A DNA stretch of 64,000 nt from Escherichia coli (lineage in GTDB: Bacteria; Pseudomonadota; Gammaproteobacteria; Enterobacterales; Enterobacteriaceae), in the NCBI RefSeq assembly GCF_003334785.1, contig NZ_QOWV01000003.1. The stretch is one strand, 5' to 3'. A program made the translations under genes and the position numbers. Shown here one piece after another: positions 40,181 through 54,516 of this stretch (positions are counted from its first letter, which is position 1; every line of letters begins with the position of its first letter). The notes beneath the pieces were generated by a model. That model was given only the letters and a program-made list of their open reading frames with translations, searched no databases and was not told the origin of the DNA.

Positions 40181-41194
40181 TTAATTATTTAATTTACTGA
40201 GCGTCGCGACCATCACCGCTTTGATAGTATGCATGCGGTTTTCCGCCTGATCAAATACAATGCTGGCGGCAGATTCGAAGACCTCATCAGTCACTTCCAT
40301 TCCGCCATGTAGGCCAAACTCTTCCGCCATTTTCTTGCCAAGCGTCGTTTGGTCGTCATGAAACGCGGGCAGGCAGTGGAGGAATTTGACCTCCGGGTTA
40401 CCGGTCAACTGCATCATCTTGCTGTTCACTTGATAATCACGCAGCAATGCAATGCGTTCAGCCCATTTCTCTTTTGCTTCACCCATCGACACCCATACAT
40501 CGGTATAGATAAAGTCAGCACCTTCAACTCCTTTAGCTACATCTTCCGTCAGCGTAATATTCCCGCCATTTTGCTGTGCCAGAGCGCGGCATTCCGTAAC
40601 CAGCGCAGCTTCCGGCCAGCATGCCTGTGGCGCGACCAGACGCAAATCCAGACCGGTAAGCGCCGCAGCTTCGAGCATCGAATTGCCCATGTTGTTACGT
40701 GCGTCACCTGCATAGACCAGCGTCATTTCGTTGAATGCTTTACCGGGTAAATGCTCCTGCATGGTGAGGAGATCCGCCAGCAACTGCGTGGGGTGAAACT
40801 CATTGGTCAGGCCGTTCCATACCGGCACGCCAGCGTATTCCGCCAGTGTTTCGACAATCTCCTGACCATAGCCGCGATACTGAATACCGTCATACATGCG
40901 ACCCAGCACGCGGGCAGTGTCTTTAATCGACTCTTTATGACCAATCTGACTGCCGCTTGGGCCGAGATAAGTAACGTGAGCACCCTGGTCATATGCGGCA
41001 ACTTCGAAAGAGCATCGGGTACGGGTCGAGTCTTTTTCGAAGATGAGCGCGATGTTTTTACCAGTGAGTTTGGCTTCTTCTTTGCCGCTTTTCTTATCGG
41101 CTTTCAGCTTCGCGGCTAACTGCAGCAGGCTGTTGAGTTCAGCTGGCGTGAAATCGAGTAATTTCAGGAAATGCTTATGATAAAACCCGGACAT
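40181..41194 (-). CDS. argI: ornithine carbamoyltransferase
   Basis: 337-aa [43 protein letters not shown]..., STRTR and HCLP motifs. Confidence 0.95.
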   Translation of the reverse strand: MSGFYHKHFLKLLDFTPAELNSLLQLAAKLKADKKSGKEEAKLTGKNIALIFEKDSTRTRCSFEVAAYDQGAHVTYLGPSGSQIGHKESIKDTARVLGRMYDGIQYRGYGQEIVETLAEYAGVPVWNGLTNEFHPTQLLADLLTMQEHLPGKAFNEMTLVYAGDARNNMGNSMLEAAALTGLDLRLVAPQACWPEAALVTECRALAQQNGGNITLTEDVAKGVEGADFIYTDVWVSMGEAKEKWAERIALLRDYQVNSKMMQLTGNPEVKFLHCLPAFHDDQTTLGKKMAEEFGLHGGMEVTDEVFESAASIVFDQAENRMHTIKAVMVATLSKLNN

Positions 41195-41219
41195 AGATCC
41201 CTCCTGTGGCTAACACCTC

Positions 41220-41258
41220 AATGAATTAAAATTCAATTTATATGGATGATTATTCATT
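41220..41258. promoter_or_regulatory. ArgR operator, two ARG boxes
   Basis: aATGAATtaaaATTCAat and tATGgATgattATTCAtt separated by 3 bp, just upstream of the argI start. Confidence 0.7.
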
Positions 41259-41355
41259 TGCAAGTCTAAAGCATAAATCTTTGTCACAAAGGTGGAGGCA
41301 ATGTCAGTGGTGTGTGACAATAAGAGTATCGGCAGGACATTAAGAGGAATGAGCC

Positions 41356-41772
41356 ATGGCAAACCCGGAACAACTGGAAGAACAGCGTGAAGAAACACGT
41401 TTGATTATTGAAGAATTACTGGAAGATGGCAGCGATCCGGACGCGCTGTATACCATCGAACACCATCTTTCCGCAGACGATCTGGAAACCCTGGAAAAAG
41501 CAGCAGTTGAAGCGTTTAAACTCGGTTACGAAGTGACCGATCCAGAAGAGCTGGAAGTTGAAGATGGTGATATCGTGATTTGCTGCGACATCCTCAGCGA
41601 GTGCGCGTTGAATGCCGATCTGATCGATGCCCAGGTTGAACAACTGATGACGCTGGCGGAGAAATTTGACGTTGAGTACGACGGTTGGGGCACTTACTTT
41701 GAAGATCCCAACGGCGAAGACGGCGACGATGAAGATTTTGTCGATGAAGACGATGACGGGGTTCGCCACTAA
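41356..41772 (+). CDS. rraB: regulator of RNase E activity B
   Basis: 138-aa acidic [41 protein letters not shown]... Confidence 0.93.
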
Positions 41773-41817
41773 TTAATTGATTAAAATGCCCGATAGCACA
41801 CACTAGCGGGCATTTTT

Positions 41818-42321
41818 TTAGAGTTCGCGTAGCATCCGCACTTCACAATCTACATGGCCCGTGCAGCCAAGCGCATAGTCGATATGCTCAAAGCCCAAAT
41901 GCTCATAAAGCGCAATGGCTTCCTTTAAAAAAGCGGTCGTTTCCAGATAGCAGCGTTTGAAGCCCATCTCTCGTGCCTGCTCCATCGCCATTAAGGCCAG
42001 TTTTTTCGCCAGCCCTTTACCGCGAATAGCCGGAAGAAAATACATCTTTTGCAGTTCGCAAATGTCCGATTCACTACCTGCTAATGGCGCAATCCCACCG
42101 CCGCCGACCACTTCACCCTCGTACTCAACCACCCAATATGCATGACCCGGCTGACTATACACTTGATACAGCTCGTCAAGATTCGGATCGGCGACGGTGT
42201 AGCCTTTATCAGCGGTAAGACCGTATTCGGCGGATACCTGACGAATGACGCGGGCAATAGCAGGATTATCCTGCAGCGTCAGGCGACGCATTACAGGTGA
42301 TTGCGGCGCAATGTTATTCAT
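41818..42321 (-). CDS. yjgM: GNAT-family N-acetyltransferase
   Basis: 167-aa ORF with acetyl-CoA binding motif (RGKGLAKKL). Confidence 0.9.
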   Translation of the reverse strand: MNNIAPQSPVMRRLTLQDNPAIARVIRQVSAEYGLTADKGYTVADPNLDELYQVYSQPGHAYWVVEYEGEVVGGGGIAPLAGSESDICELQKMYFLPAIRGKGLAKKLALMAMEQAREMGFKRCYLETTAFLKEAIALYEHLGFEHIDYALGCTGHVDCEVRMLREL

Positions 42322-42513
42322 AGTTTAACCCAATAAAAATAAAGTAATTATACATTTGTTTAATACCACTCTCTTCTTACGTGCGCAAGCATCTTATAAA
42401 GCAATAAAGTTTTTGCCAGCCTATTACTGATAAGAGTATTGTAACGTGGCAGAACATTTTACTGTCTGTATCTATAACTTATATCAATGGATTTTTTAAT
42501 TCAGGGAATTTTT

Positions 42514-43710
42514 ATGGCTCAAGTTATTAATGAAATGGATGTTCCGTCCCATTCGTTTGTTTTTCATGGTACAGGTGAGAGATATTTTCTTATTTGTGTG
42601 GTGAATGTGTTGTTAACGATTATAACGCTAGGTATCTATTTACCATGGGCATTAATGAAATGTAAGCGTTATCTCTATGCTAATATGGAGGTTAACGGAC
42701 AACGATTTTCTTATGGGATTACCGGTGGGAATGTTTTTGTTAGTTGTCTTGTTTTTGTTTTTTTCTATTTCGCAATCTTAATGACAGTGTCAGCAGATAT
42801 GCCGCTTATTGGCTGTGTTTTGACTTTGTCACTGTTGGTTTTGCTTATATTTATGGCAGCAAAAGGACTGCGTTATCAGGCCTTGATGACTAGTCTCAAC
42901 GGCGTAAGATTTAGTTTTAATTGCTCTATGAAAGGGTTCTGGTGAGTAACCTTTTTCTTGCCGATTTTAATGGCCATTGGGATGGGGACTGTTTTCTTTA
43001 TCTCGACAAAGATGCTACATGCCAATAGTTCAAGTAGTGTTATTATATCTGTGGTTCTGATGGCAATAGTTGGTATTGTTTCCATTGGTATTTTTAATGG
43101 TACTTTATATAGCCTGGTAATGAGTTTTCTCTGGAGCAATACCAGTTTCGGTATACATCGTTTCAAGGTGAAATTAGATACTGCGTATTGTATAAAATAT
43201 GCCATCCTCGCATTTTTAGCTTTATTACCTTTTCTCGCTGTTGCTGGTTATATTATCTTCGATCAAATATTAAATGCGTATGATAGTTCTGTGTATGCAA
43301 ATGATGATATTGAGAATTTACAGCAATTTATGGAAATGCAACGTAAAATGATAATCGCGCAGTTAATCTATTATTTTGGGATTGCTGTTAGCACCAGTTA
43401 TTTAACGGTGTCGTTGCGAAATCATTTTATGAGCAACCTGTCACTGAATGATGGGCGTATTCGTTTTCGCTCAACTTTAACTTACCACGGTATGCTTTAT
43501 CGCATGTGTGCGTTGGTAGTGATATCCGGGATTACGGGCGGTCTGGCTTATCCACTGCTGAAAATATGGATGATTGACTGGCAGGCAAAAAATACGTATT
43601 TGCTGGGCGATTTGGATGACCTTCCTTTAATCAATAAAGAAGAACAACCAGATAAAGGCTTCTTAGCCAGTATTTCACGGGGAATTATGCCTTCTTTACC
43701 ATTTCTGTAA
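42514..43710 (+). pseudogene. yjgN: inner membrane protein YjgN (DUF898-like) interrupted by an in-frame TGA
   Basis: Single frame from ATG 42514 to stop 43710 (399 codons) except TGA at 42943-42945 (...MKGFW*VTFFLPILMAIGMG...); track splits it into 152-aa and 250-aa ORFs in the same frame. Confidence 0.8.
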
Positions 43711-43763
43711 GAGATAAAAAAGGCCGGAGCATTCTCCGGCCTTCGTTTTCATCACGGTGTTGA

Positions 43764-46619
43764 TTACAGCGCGGCGATAACAGCCTGCTGTTCAATCAGC
43801 TTCGCTTTCGCTTCCGCATAGCCTTCCAGCTTCTCACGCTCTTTCGCGATGACCGCTTCCGGTGCGCGGGCGACAAAGCCTTCATTCGCCAGCTTGTTCT
43901 CGATACGGCTGATTTCGCCTTCGATCTTCGCCACTTCTTTCGCCAGACGCGCCAGCTCATCTTCTTTGTTGATGAGGCCAGCCATCGGGATCAGCAGCTC
44001 TGCGCCGTCGATGATCTTCGTAACGGAAACCGGACCTTTGTCATCGGCAGGCAGCACGGTGATGCTTTCCAGACGCGCCAGGGTTTGCAGGAAGCCACGG
44101 TTTTCATTTACGCGACGTTCTGCATCCGCGCTGCAACCACGCAGCAGCAGCTCCAGCGGTTTGCCCGGCGCGATGTTCATTTCTGCACGGATGTTACGTA
44201 CCGCAACGATCGCCTGTTTCAGCCATTCGGTGTCGGCCAGTGTGGCTTCATCAACCTGAGATGCATCGTACTGCGGGAACGGCTGCAGCATGATGGTGTC
44301 GGCAGTGATACCGCAAAGTACTTTCACACGCTGCCAGATGGTTTCGGTGATGAACGGAATGATCGGATGCGCGAGGCGCAGCAGACCTTCCAGTACAGTC
44401 ACCAGCGTATGGCGAGTACCGCGCAGTTCGGCTTCGGTGCCACCGTTCATTACCGGCTTGGTCAGCTCCAGATACCAGTCACAGAACTGGTTCCAGGTGA
44501 ACTCATACAGAATGCCTGCAGCGATATCGAAGCGGAAGCTGTCCAGCGCTTCGCGGTACGCTTTGATGGTCTGGTTGAACTCTGCCAGAATCCAGCGGTC
44601 CGCCAGCGACAGTGTCATTTCGCCGCCGTTAAAGCCGCAATCCTGACCTTCTGTGTTCATCAGCACAAAGCGGCTGGCGTTCCACAGCTTGTTACAGAAG
44701 TTACGGTAACCTTCCAGGCGCTTCATATCCCAGTTGATGTCACGACCGGTAGACGCCAGCGCCGCCAGGGTGAAGCGCAGGGCATCGGTGCCGTGCGGCT
44801 CAATGCCGTTCGGGAACTGTTTCTCGGTGCGCTTACGGATTTTGTCCGCCAGCTGCGGCTGCATCATATTGCCGGTACGTTTTTCCAGCAGTTCTGGCAG
44901 CGAAATACCGTCAACCATATCCAGCGGGTCGATAACGTTACCCTTGGATTTGGACATTTTCTGGCCTTCGTCGTCACGAATCAGACCGGTCATGTAAACA
45001 GTGTGGAACGGCACCTGCGGTTTGCCATTTTCATCTTTGATGAAGTGCATGGTCATCATGATCATGCGGGCAATCCAGAAGAAGATGATGTCGAAGCCGG
45101 ATACCATCACGCTGGTTGGGTGGAACTGACGCAGGGCGTCGGTGTTTTCCGGCCAGCCAAGGGTAGAGAAGGTCCACAGCGCAGAAGAGAACCAGGTGTC
45201 GAGAACGTCTTCGTCCTGACGCAGGGCAACGTCGGCACCGAGGTTATTTTCCTTGCGCACTTCTTCTTCGTTGCGGCCAACATAAACATTACCCGCTTCG
45301 TCATACCATGCCGGGATACGGTGACCCCACCACAGCTGACGAGAGATACACCAGTCCTGAATATCGCGCATCCAGGAGAAATACATGTTTTCGTACTGCT
45401 TCGGTACGAACTGAATGTCGCCGTTCTCAACCGCTTCAACCGCCGGTTTCGCCAGTACATCGGCACGCACGTACCACTGGTCGGTCAGCATTGGTTCGAT
45501 AACTACGCCGCCACGGTCGCCGTAAGGAACGGTCAGGTCGTGCGGTTTAATTTCTTCCAGCAGGCCGAGTGCGTCAACCGCAGCAACGACTGCTTTACGT
45601 GCGGCAAAACGCTCCAGTTTCTGGAATTCTGCCGGGATCTCGCTGGAATAAACGTCAGATTCGTTACCTTTGGTATCGAACACCTGGGCGCTTTCACGGA
45701 TATCGCCGTCAAAGGTCAGGATGTTGATCATCGGCAGGGCGTGACGTTTACCGACTTCATAGTCGTTAAAGTCGTGCGCCGGGGTGATCTTCACGCAGCC
45801 GGTGCCTTTTTCCATGTCGGCGTGTTCGTCGCCAACGATCGGAATACGACGGTTAACCAGCGGTAGAATGACATATTTGCCAATCAGGTCTTTGTAACGC
45901 GGATCTTCCGGGTTAACGGCTACACCGGTATCGCCCAGCAGGGTTTCCGGACGGGTAGTCGCAACCACCAGGTAATCTTTACCGTCTGCGGTTTTCGCAC
46001 CGTCAGCCAGCGGATAGCGGATGTGCCACATCGAACCTTTCGATTCGCGGTTTTCCACTTCCAGGTCAGAGATAGCGGTGCGCAGTTTCGGGTCCCAGTT
46101 TACCAGGCGTTTGCCACGGTAAATCAGGTCTTCTTTATACAGACGAACGAAAACTTCTTTCACCGCATTGGACAGGCCTTCGTCCATCGTGAAGCGTTCA
46201 CGCTCCCAGTCGACGGAGTTGCCGAGACGGCGCATCTGACGGGTAATCGTGCCGCCGGATTCCGCTTTCCATTCCCAGATTTTGTCGATGAAAGCTTCGC
46301 GGCCGTAGTCGTGACGGGTTTTACCTTCTTCTGCGGCAATCTTGCGCTCAACGACCATCTGGGTAGCGATCCCGGCGTGGTCAGTACCGACCTGCCACAG
46401 GGTGTTTTTGCCCTGCATGCGCTGATAGCGGATCATGGTATCCATGATGGTTTGCTGGAAGGCGTGACCCATATGCAAACTGCCGGTGACGTTCGGCGGC
46501 GGGATCATGATGCAGAAACTTTCCTGGCTTTCATCGCCATTAGGCTTAAAGTAGCCCTGCTTTTCCCAGTGCTCGTAAAGCGGCTGTTCGATATCTTGTG
46601 GGTTATATGTCTTTTCCAT
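43764..46619 (-). CDS. valS: valine--tRNA ligase
   Basis: 951-aa ORF with class I HMGH and KMSKS motifs. Confidence 0.98.
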   Translation of the reverse strand: MEKTYNPQDIEQPLYEHWEKQGYFKPNGDESQESFCIMIPPPNVTGSLHMGHAFQQTIMDTMIRYQRMQGKNTLWQVGTDHAGIATQMVVERKIAAEEGKTRHDYGREAFIDKIWEWKAESGGTITRQMRRLGNSVDWERERFTMDEGLSNAVKEVFVRLYKEDLIYRGKRLVNWDPKLRTAISDLEVENRESKGSMWHIRYPLADGAKTADGKDYLVVATTRPETLLGDTGVAVNPEDPRYKDLIGKYVILPLVNRRIPIVGDEHADMEKGTGCVKITPAHDFNDYEVGKRHALPMINILTFDGDIRESAQVFDTKGNESDVYSSEIPAEFQKLERFAARKAVVAAVDALGLLEEIKPHDLTVPYGDRGGVVIEPMLTDQWYVRADVLAKPAVEAVENGDIQFVPKQYENMYFSWMRDIQDWCISRQLWWGHRIPAWYDEAGNVYVGRNEEEVRKENNLGADVALRQDEDVLDTWFSSALWTFSTLGWPENTDALRQFHPTSVMVSGFDIIFFWIARMIMMTMHFIKDENGKPQVPFHTVYMTGLIRDDEGQKMSKSKGNVIDPLDMVDGISLPELLEKRTGNMMQPQLADKIRKRTEKQFPNGIEPHGTDALRFTLAALASTGRDINWDMKRLEGYRNFCNKLWNASRFVLMNTEGQDCGFNGGEMTLSLADRWILAEFNQTIKAYREALDSFRFDIAAGILYEFTWNQFCDWYLELTKPVMNGGTEAELRGTRHTLVTVLEGLLRLAHPIIPFITETIWQRVKVLCGITADTIMLQPFPQYDASQVDEATLADTEWLKQAIVAVRNIRAEMNIAPGKPLELLLRGCSADAERRVNENRGFLQTLARLESITVLPADDKGPVSVTKIIDGAELLIPMAGLINKEDELARLAKEVAKIEGEISRIENKLANEGFVARAPEAVIAKEREKLEGYAEAKAKLIEQQAVIAAL

Positions 46620-47062
46620 TATTTCCAGGTTGCCGTATTCAGGTTGAAACCAGCCACGCGGTAGGCTTTATAGCGTTCGCGCGCCAGTTGTTTCAGAGAA
46701 TCTTCATAAGGAACGAAGTCTACCACTTCTGTGAAAGCGGTGGCAAAATCTGCAAAGCATGTTCGCAGACTAATCAATATATCGCGCGGGCTGCTGCTGC
46801 GTTTTTGCGGCCAGGCGATCTCCACCGGCGCACCGCCACGCGGTCCTTCTCCCGCTAAATTATGCGGAACAAAGCTTTCTGCCGGACGCGCCCACAGGGC
46901 TTCATCCAGCCGGTAAGCCTGCTTTTCATCTTCACAGGCGATGAGCACGCGCTTACCGCTGCGCCAACGTTCTGCGGCAATTTCACACACCAGTTGCTCA
47001 ACGGCGCTTAAGCCATCGACGGTGGTGTCATTGTCCAGAAGGTAGAACGTCGCGTTTTTCAT
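46619..47062 (-). CDS. holC: DNA polymerase III chi subunit
   Basis: 147-aa [49 protein letters not shown]... Confidence 0.95.
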   Translation of the reverse strand: MKNATFYLLDNDTTVDGLSAVEQLVCEIAAERWRSGKRVLIACEDEKQAYRLDEALWARPAESFVPHNLAGEGPRGGAPVEIAWPQKRSSSPRDILISLRTCFADFATAFTEVVDFVPYEDSLKQLARERYKAYRVAGFNLNTATWK

Positions 47063-47114
47063 AAATGGGGCTTCTTGTGGTGGATTTAAATACGCATCAG
47101 GTATACACCGCAGC

Positions 47115-47410
<296 letters not shown>

Positions 47411-47415
47411 CGCAA

Positions 47416-48930
<1,515 letters not shown>

Positions 48931-49193
48931 CTACGCTCCTGAATCTTAAAGACAACGGCGGTGGCTACAGATAGAATTGCAAGCTTTCGTAACTCATGTC
49001 CGCTGTTGCGATGACTTCGTGTTAATCTTAACGTTATTACGGCATTGGCACGTCAGAACAAAATCTGAGAGGTGAATCCGTTGAGTATAATTATCTTAGC
49101 GACGATTTCGACGACTCAAGAGAATAAATGACGTTTAAGCCATGAAACAAGCTAAAATCCTGCAAAAGACGAGTTTTTACGGGCGTATTTAAA

Positions 49194-50294
49194 GTGATAA
49201 TCATAAGATATCTGGTGCGGGAGACGCTCAAAAGCCAGCTGGCGATACTCTTCATCTTGCTTTTGATCTTCTTCTGTCAAAAGTTAGTGAGGATCCTCGG
49301 CGCAGCGGTTGACGGCGATATTCCGGCGAATCTGGTGCTCTCCCTTCTCGGGTTGGGCGTGCCGGAAATGGCGCAGCTTATCCTGCCATTAAGCCTGTTC
49401 CTCGGGCTGCTGATGACGCTGGGCAAACTGTATACCGAAAGTGAAATTACGGTAATGCATGCCTGCGGCCTGAGCAAAGCGGTTCTGGTGAAAGCGGCAA
49501 TGATCCTTGCGGTATTCACGGCAATCGTCGCGGCGGTTAACGTGATGTGGGCGGGACCGTGGTCATCGCGTCATCAGGATGAAGTGTTAGCAGAAGCGAA
49601 AGCGAACCCTGGCATGGCGGCGCTGGCGCAAGGGCAATTCCAGCAAGCGACTAATGGCAGCTCGGTGCTGTTCATCGAAAGCGTTGACGGCAGCGATTTC
49701 AAAGATGTGTTCCTCGCACAAATTCGACCAAAAGGTAATGCACGTCCTTCTGTGGTGGTGGCCGATTCCGGACATTTAACCCAGCTGCGCGACGGCTCCC
49801 AGGTCGTCACTCTCAACCAGGGAACGCGCTTCGAAGGCACTGCACTGTTACGTGATTTCCGCATTACGGATTTCCAGGATTATCAGGCGATCATTGGTCA
49901 CCAGGCGGTGGCGCTCGACCCGAACGATACCGACCAGATGGACATGTGCACATTGTGGAACACTGACACCGATCGTGCTCGCGCAGAACTGAACTGGCGT
50001 ATCACGTTGGTATTCACCGTGTTTATGATGGCACTTATGGTCGTACCGCTGAGCGTGGTTAACCCACGTCAGGGACGCGTACTGTCGATGCTGCCAGCCA
50101 TGCTGCTGTATCTACTTTTCTTCCTGATCCAGACCTCCCTGAAATCGAACGGCGGTAAAGGTAAGCTGGACCCGACGCTGTGGATGTGGACCGTTAACCT
50201 GATTTATCTGGCTTTGGCGATTGTTCTCAACCTTTGGGACACCGTGCCGGTCCGCCGCCTGCGCGCCAGTTTTTCGCGTAAAGGAGCGGTGTGA
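49194..50294 (+). CDS. lptF: LPS export ABC transporter permease LptF
   Basis: 366-aa ORF from GTG 49194, MIIIRYLVRETLKSQLAILFILLLIFF... Confidence 0.95.
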   Translation: MIIIRYLVRETLKSQLAILFILLLIFFCQKLVRILGAAVDGDIPANLVLSLLGLGVPEMAQLILPLSLFLGLLMTLGKLYTESEITVMHACGLSKAVLVKAAMILAVFTAIVAAVNVMWAGPWSSRHQDEVLAEAKANPGMAALAQGQFQQATNGSSVLFIESVDGSDFKDVFLAQIRPKGNARPSVVVADSGHLTQLRDGSQVVTLNQGTRFEGTALLRDFRITDFQDYQAIIGHQAVALDPNDTDQMDMCTLWNTDTDRARAELNWRITLVFTVFMMALMVVPLSVVNPRQGRVLSMLPAMLLYLLFFLIQTSLKSNGGKGKLDPTLWMWTVNLIYLALAIVLNLWDTVPVRRLRASFSRKGAV

Positions 50295-51376
50295 TGCAAC
50301 CTTTTGGCGTACTTGACCGCTATATCGGTAAAACTATTTTCACCACCATCATGATGACGCTGTTCATGCTGGTGTCGCTGTCGGGCATTATCAAATTTGT
50401 CGATCAGTTGAAAAAAGCCGGGCAGGGGAGTTACGACGCGTTAGGCGCAGGAATGTATACCTTGCTGAGCGTGCCGAAAGATGTGCAAATCTTCTTCCCG
50501 ATGGCGGCTCTGCTTGGGGCGTTGCTTGGTCTTGGGATGCTGGCGCAGCGCAGCGAACTGGTGGTGATGCAGGCTTCTGGTTTTACCCGTATGCAGGTGG
50601 CGCTGTCGGTGATGAAAACCGCCATTCCGCTGGTCTTGCTGACGATGGCGATTGGCGAATGGGTCGCGCCGCAGGGCGAGCAGATGGCGCGTAACTACCG
50701 TGCGCAGGCGATGTACGGCGGCTCGTTGCTCTCTACCCAGCAAGGCTTATGGGCGAAAGATGGCAACAACTTCGTCTACATTGAGCGGGTTAAAGGTGAC
50801 GAAGAGTTAGGTGGCATCAGCATTTATGCCTTTAACGAAAATCGTCGTCTGCAATCCGTACGCTATGCCGCTACTGCGAAGTTTGACCCGGAACATAAAG
50901 TCTGGCGTCTGTCGCAGGTTGATGAATCTGATCTGACCAATCCGAAACAGATCACCGGTTCGCAGACGGTGAGCGGCACCTGGAAAACCAACCTCACGCC
51001 AGACAAACTGGGCGTGGTGGCGCTGGACCCGGATGCACTCTCAATCAGCGGTTTGCACAACTACGTGAAGTATCTGAAGTCGAGCGGTCAGGATGCCGGA
51101 CGTTATCAGCTCAATATGTGGAGCAAAATCTTCCAGCCGCTATCCGTGGCGGTGATGATGCTGATGGCGCTGTCGTTCATCTTTGGCCCACTGCGTAGCG
51201 TACCGATGGGCGTGCGTGTGGTCACCGGTATCAGCTTCGGTTTTGTCTTCTACGTACTGGACCAGATCTTCGGCCCGCTGACGTTGGTTTACGGCATCCC
51301 GCCGATTATCGGCGCACTGTTGCCAAGCGCCAGCTTCTTCTTAATCAGCCTGTGGCTGTTAATGAGAAAATCGTAA
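50294..51376 (+). CDS. lptG: LPS export ABC transporter permease LptG
   Basis: ATG at 50294 overlapping the lptF stop; MQPFGVLDRYIGKTIFTTIMMTLFML... Confidence 0.95.
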   Translation: MQPFGVLDRYIGKTIFTTIMMTLFMLVSLSGIIKFVDQLKKAGQGSYDALGAGMYTLLSVPKDVQIFFPMAALLGALLGLGMLAQRSELVVMQASGFTRMQVALSVMKTAIPLVLLTMAIGEWVAPQGEQMARNYRAQAMYGGSLLSTQQGLWAKDGNNFVYIERVKGDEELGGISIYAFNENRRLQSVRYAATAKFDPEHKVWRLSQVDESDLTNPKQITGSQTVSGTWKTNLTPDKLGVVALDPDALSISGLHNYVKYLKSSGQDAGRYQLNMWSKIFQPLSVAVMMLMALSFIFGPLRSVPMGVRVVTGISFGFVFYVLDQIFGPLTLVYGIPPIIGALLPSASFFLISLWLLMRKS

Positions 51377-51384
51377 CCAAGCAA

Positions 51385-51403
51385 GGGAGCGAAAGCTCCC
51401 TTT
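51385..51403 (+). terminator. rho-independent terminator after lptG
   Basis: Hairpin gggagc-gaa-gctccc followed by ttt. Confidence 0.65.
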
Positions 51404-51439
51404 CACATTGTTGATAAAGTCAAATACGAGTTCGATCGG

Positions 51440-51480
51440 TCCCCTCGCCCCTTTGGGGAGAGGGTTAGGGTGAGGGGGAC
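51440..51480. repeat. G-rich palindromic intergenic element
   Basis: cccctcgcccctttggggagagggttagggtgaggggg; resembles small enterobacterial intergenic repeats, exact family not confirmed. Confidence 0.4.
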
Positions 51481-51494
51481 AGATCGCGCCTGAC

Positions 51495-52997
51495 TTACCT
51501 TCTTCTCCCTCCCAGCAAACTCCCCAACATCCCGCGTACAATCTGATTCGTCACCTGGCGAGCGGCGCTTTTGGCCATTGTCTGCACCACACCATCTTTC
51601 TTCCCGCCGCGTGGTCCGGTAGTGCCGAACAAAATATCCTTCAATCCACCAAGAATGCCGTCATCTACCGCTATCTCTTTCCCTTTCGCTGGAGGATTAT
51701 TTTGCTGTTCAATACTCGCCTGTACGCCTTTTTGCAACATCTCATAGGCGGATTCCCGGTCCACGTCATCCTCGTACTTGCCATACACCGGGGAGTGGTT
51801 AATCAAGCCATTGCGCTCATCTTCCGTCACCGGTCCCATCCGCGAACAAGGCGCAATCACCATCGCCCGTTCCACCACAGAAGGACTTCCTTTTGCATCG
51901 AGAAACGAGATTAACGCCTCGCCGGTCCCCAGTTCCTGGATTGCCTTTTCGGTATCAAACGCCGGATTGGCCCGCATGGTTTGCGCCGCAGCTTTTACCG
52001 CTTTCTGATCTTTTGGCGTAAAAGCCCGCAAAGCGTGCTGAACGCGATTACCGAGCTGGCCGAGCACATTATCCGGAATATCAGACGGGTTTTGCGAAAC
52101 GAACCAGACGCCCACGCCTTTTGAGCGAATAAGCCTTATCACCTGCTCAATCTTATCCAGCAGTACCTGCGGTGCATCGTTAAACAGCAGATGTGCTTCG
52201 TCGAAGAAAAACACCAGTTTTGGCTTCTCCAGATCGCCCGCTTCCGGCAATTGTTCATACAACTCTGAAATCATCCACAGCAGGCTGGCGGCGTACAGTT
52301 TCGGCATCTGATAAAGCTTCTCGGCGCTGAGGATATTAATAACGCCTTTACCGTTGGCATCGGTGCGCATCAAGTCTTTGATATCCAGCATCGGCTCACC
52401 AAAGAAGTGTGCTGCGCCTTGCTGTTCCAGCGACAACAGCCCGCGCTGGATGGCACCAACCGATGCGCTACTGATATTTCCGTACTGATTCTGGAAAGAT
52501 TTGGCGTTATCGCCGATGTACTGGGTAATCGCCCGCAGATCTTTAAAGTCGAGCAGTAACAGCCCCTGATCGTCAGCAATTCGGAAGATGATATTCAGCA
52601 CGCCAGATTGCACATCGTTGAGATTCAACAGCCGCGCCAGCAACAGCGGCCCCAGATCCGAAACCGTCGCCCGCACCGGATGGCCTTTCTCGCCAAAGAT
52701 ATCCCACACCACCACCGGATTAGCATGCGGTTGCCAGTCATTTACGCCGATATTTTTAAGCCTTGCGAGCAGTTTTTCCGACGCCGTTCCTGCCTGCGCG
52801 ATACCGGTCAGATCGCCTTTCACATCGGCCATAAACACCGGCACGCCGATTTCCGATAGAGACTCCGCCAGTTTTTGCAGCGTGACAGTTTTACCCGTCC
52901 CCGTTGCGCCAGTAATCAGCCCGTGACGGTTAGCCATTCCCGGCAGTAAAAACAGTTCTGTGTCCGGCGTGCGGGCAATTAACAGGGGTTCGCTCAT
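51495..52997 (-). CDS. yjgR: P-loop NTPase YjgR (DUF853)
   Basis: ATG at 52997; [41 protein letters not shown]... (Walker A); track ORF is N-terminally extended. Confidence 0.9.
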   Translation of the reverse strand: MSEPLLIARTPDTELFLLPGMANRHGLITGATGTGKTVTLQKLAESLSEIGVPVFMADVKGDLTGIAQAGTASEKLLARLKNIGVNDWQPHANPVVVWDIFGEKGHPVRATVSDLGPLLLARLLNLNDVQSGVLNIIFRIADDQGLLLLDFKDLRAITQYIGDNAKSFQNQYGNISSASVGAIQRGLLSLEQQGAAHFFGEPMLDIKDLMRTDANGKGVINILSAEKLYQMPKLYAASLLWMISELYEQLPEAGDLEKPKLVFFFDEAHLLFNDAPQVLLDKIEQVIRLIRSKGVGVWFVSQNPSDIPDNVLGQLGNRVQHALRAFTPKDQKAVKAAAQTMRANPAFDTEKAIQELGTGEALISFLDAKGSPSVVERAMVIAPCSRMGPVTEDERNGLINHSPVYGKYEDDVDRESAYEMLQKGVQASIEQQNNPPAKGKEIAVDDGILGGLKDILFGTTGPRGGKKDGVVQTMAKSAARQVTNQIVRGMLGSLLGGRRR

Positions 52998-53126
52998 GAG
53001 ATTTCCTCCAGTTTCCTGCCTGGAGTATAGGCAACGGCTGTGCACTCTTCACCGCTAAATTCAGCAGATTGCGAGACGCCTTCCAAAGAGATTTAAGTGC
53101 CGGGCGACAGGCTCCCGGCAAAGGGA

Positions 53127-54146
53127 TCAGAAGTCGGCTTTCAGGACCACGCGGTAGCGCGCTTTACCATCGCGTACATGCTGGATGGCGTCGTTAATTT
53201 TCGACATCGGGAACAGTTCGGTGGTCGGCGCAACCTTGCTGCGGGCGGCAAAACGCATCAGCTTACGCAGCTCATAAGGCGTGCCGGTAGCAGAACCAGA
53301 GATGCTGCGGTCGCCCGCAATTAACGTAAAGGCCGGAACAGACAGCGGCGTGAGAACCGCACCGACCGTATGGAAATTACCGCCATAGGTCAGCGCCTCA
53401 AAATAAGGCTGCCAGTCGAGGCTGACGTTCACAGTATTGATAATGAGATCAAACTGCCCCGACAGGGCTTTCAGTGCCTGCGGATCGCGGCTATTCACCA
53501 CTTTATCGGTACCCATCGCCAGTACTTCCTGCTCTTTCGCCGGATTAGAACTAAAGGCCGTCACCTCGCATCCCATTGCGTGCAGAAGTTTTATAGCGAT
53601 ATGCCCCAGCCCGCCAATACCAATTACCCCAACGCGGCTGGTAGCAGTGATATGGTGCATCAACAGTGGTTTAAAGACCGTGATACCGCCGCACAACAGC
53701 GGCCCGGCGGACTCGATATCAATATTTTCTGGCAGTGGAATCACCCATTGCCAGTCCGCACGCAACTTCTCGGCAAAGCCACCGCGATTCATAATCGTCG
53801 GCACCGCACCTTGCTCGCAGTTGATCTGATTACCGCTAATACAGGTGTCGCAGTGACCACAGCTACGCGCCGTCCAGCCAATCCCGACACGCTGACCGAC
53901 CTGCAAACCTTTATCCTGCGCGGCGCTCCCGAGTGCCACCACGCGCCCAATCACCTCATGCCCGGCAACCAGCGGATATTGTGAAAATCCCCATTCGTTA
54001 TCGATCATCGACAGATCGGAATGACAAATCCCGCAGTAATCCACCTGCACTTCAACATCTTGTGGCTTCAGCTCACCGGGATCGTACTCATAAACTTCCA
54101 GTTCGCCGCCCGCTTCTTTTGCGGCATAGCTTTTTATCATCGACAT
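53127..54146 (-). CDS. ahr: NADPH-dependent aldehyde reductase (Zn-dependent alcohol dehydrogenase family)
   Basis: ATG at 54146; [26 protein letters not shown]..., GHEVIG and GIGGLGH motifs. Confidence 0.93.
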   Translation of the reverse strand: MSMIKSYAAKEAGGELEVYEYDPGELKPQDVEVQVDYCGICHSDLSMIDNEWGFSQYPLVAGHEVIGRVVALGSAAQDKGLQVGQRVGIGWTARSCGHCDTCISGNQINCEQGAVPTIMNRGGFAEKLRADWQWVIPLPENIDIESAGPLLCGGITVFKPLLMHHITATSRVGVIGIGGLGHIAIKLLHAMGCEVTAFSSNPAKEQEVLAMGTDKVVNSRDPQALKALSGQFDLIINTVNVSLDWQPYFEALTYGGNFHTVGAVLTPLSVPAFTLIAGDRSISGSATGTPYELRKLMRFAARSKVAPTTELFPMSKINDAIQHVRDGKARYRVVLKADF

Positions 54147-54341
54147 TTTTGGGTCCTTCTCTGGTGTTGTTTGGGAAGTGTAGAGCATGGCAGGGCGGGG
54201 TGCCTGGAGTGTGACAAAGGTTACATATCGCTGAGTGTAATGCTGAAAATTTCAGCACTTAGCGAGGTGGGTGCAAGCTGGCGCTTGCATGGTGGCGTGC
54301 GACAGGTATAATCCACAACGTTTTCCGCATACCTCTTCAGT

Positions 54342-54426
54342 GCCGAAGTGGCGAAATCGGTAGACGCAGTTGATTCAAAATCAACCGTAGAAATACGTGC
54401 CGGTTCGAGTCCGGCCTTCGGCACCA
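54342..54426 (+). tRNA. leuX: tRNA-Leu (CAA)
   Basis: 85-nt sequence gccgaagtggcgaaatcggtagacgcagttgattcaaaatcaaccgtagaaatacgtgccggttcgagtccggccttcggcacca with CAA anticodon loop and long variable arm. Confidence 0.95.
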
Positions 54427-54429
54427 AGT
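54402..54429. repeat. left direct repeat (attL-like), 28 bp including the leuX 3' end
   Basis: ggttcgagtccggccttcggcaccaagt; identical copy at 61716-61743. Confidence 0.9.
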
Positions 54430-54516
54430 CTTATCTAAGTCGTTGTTTTAAAACAATTTAATCCATAATTTTGCTTGAAATCGCGTAGCCCCTCTTACAA
54501 AAGGGTATACGAGGCG

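Noticed and set aside
44085-45866. 593-aa plus-strand ORF antisense to valS
   Set aside because: Lies wholly within valS on the opposite strand; low-complexity Arg/Val-rich translation.
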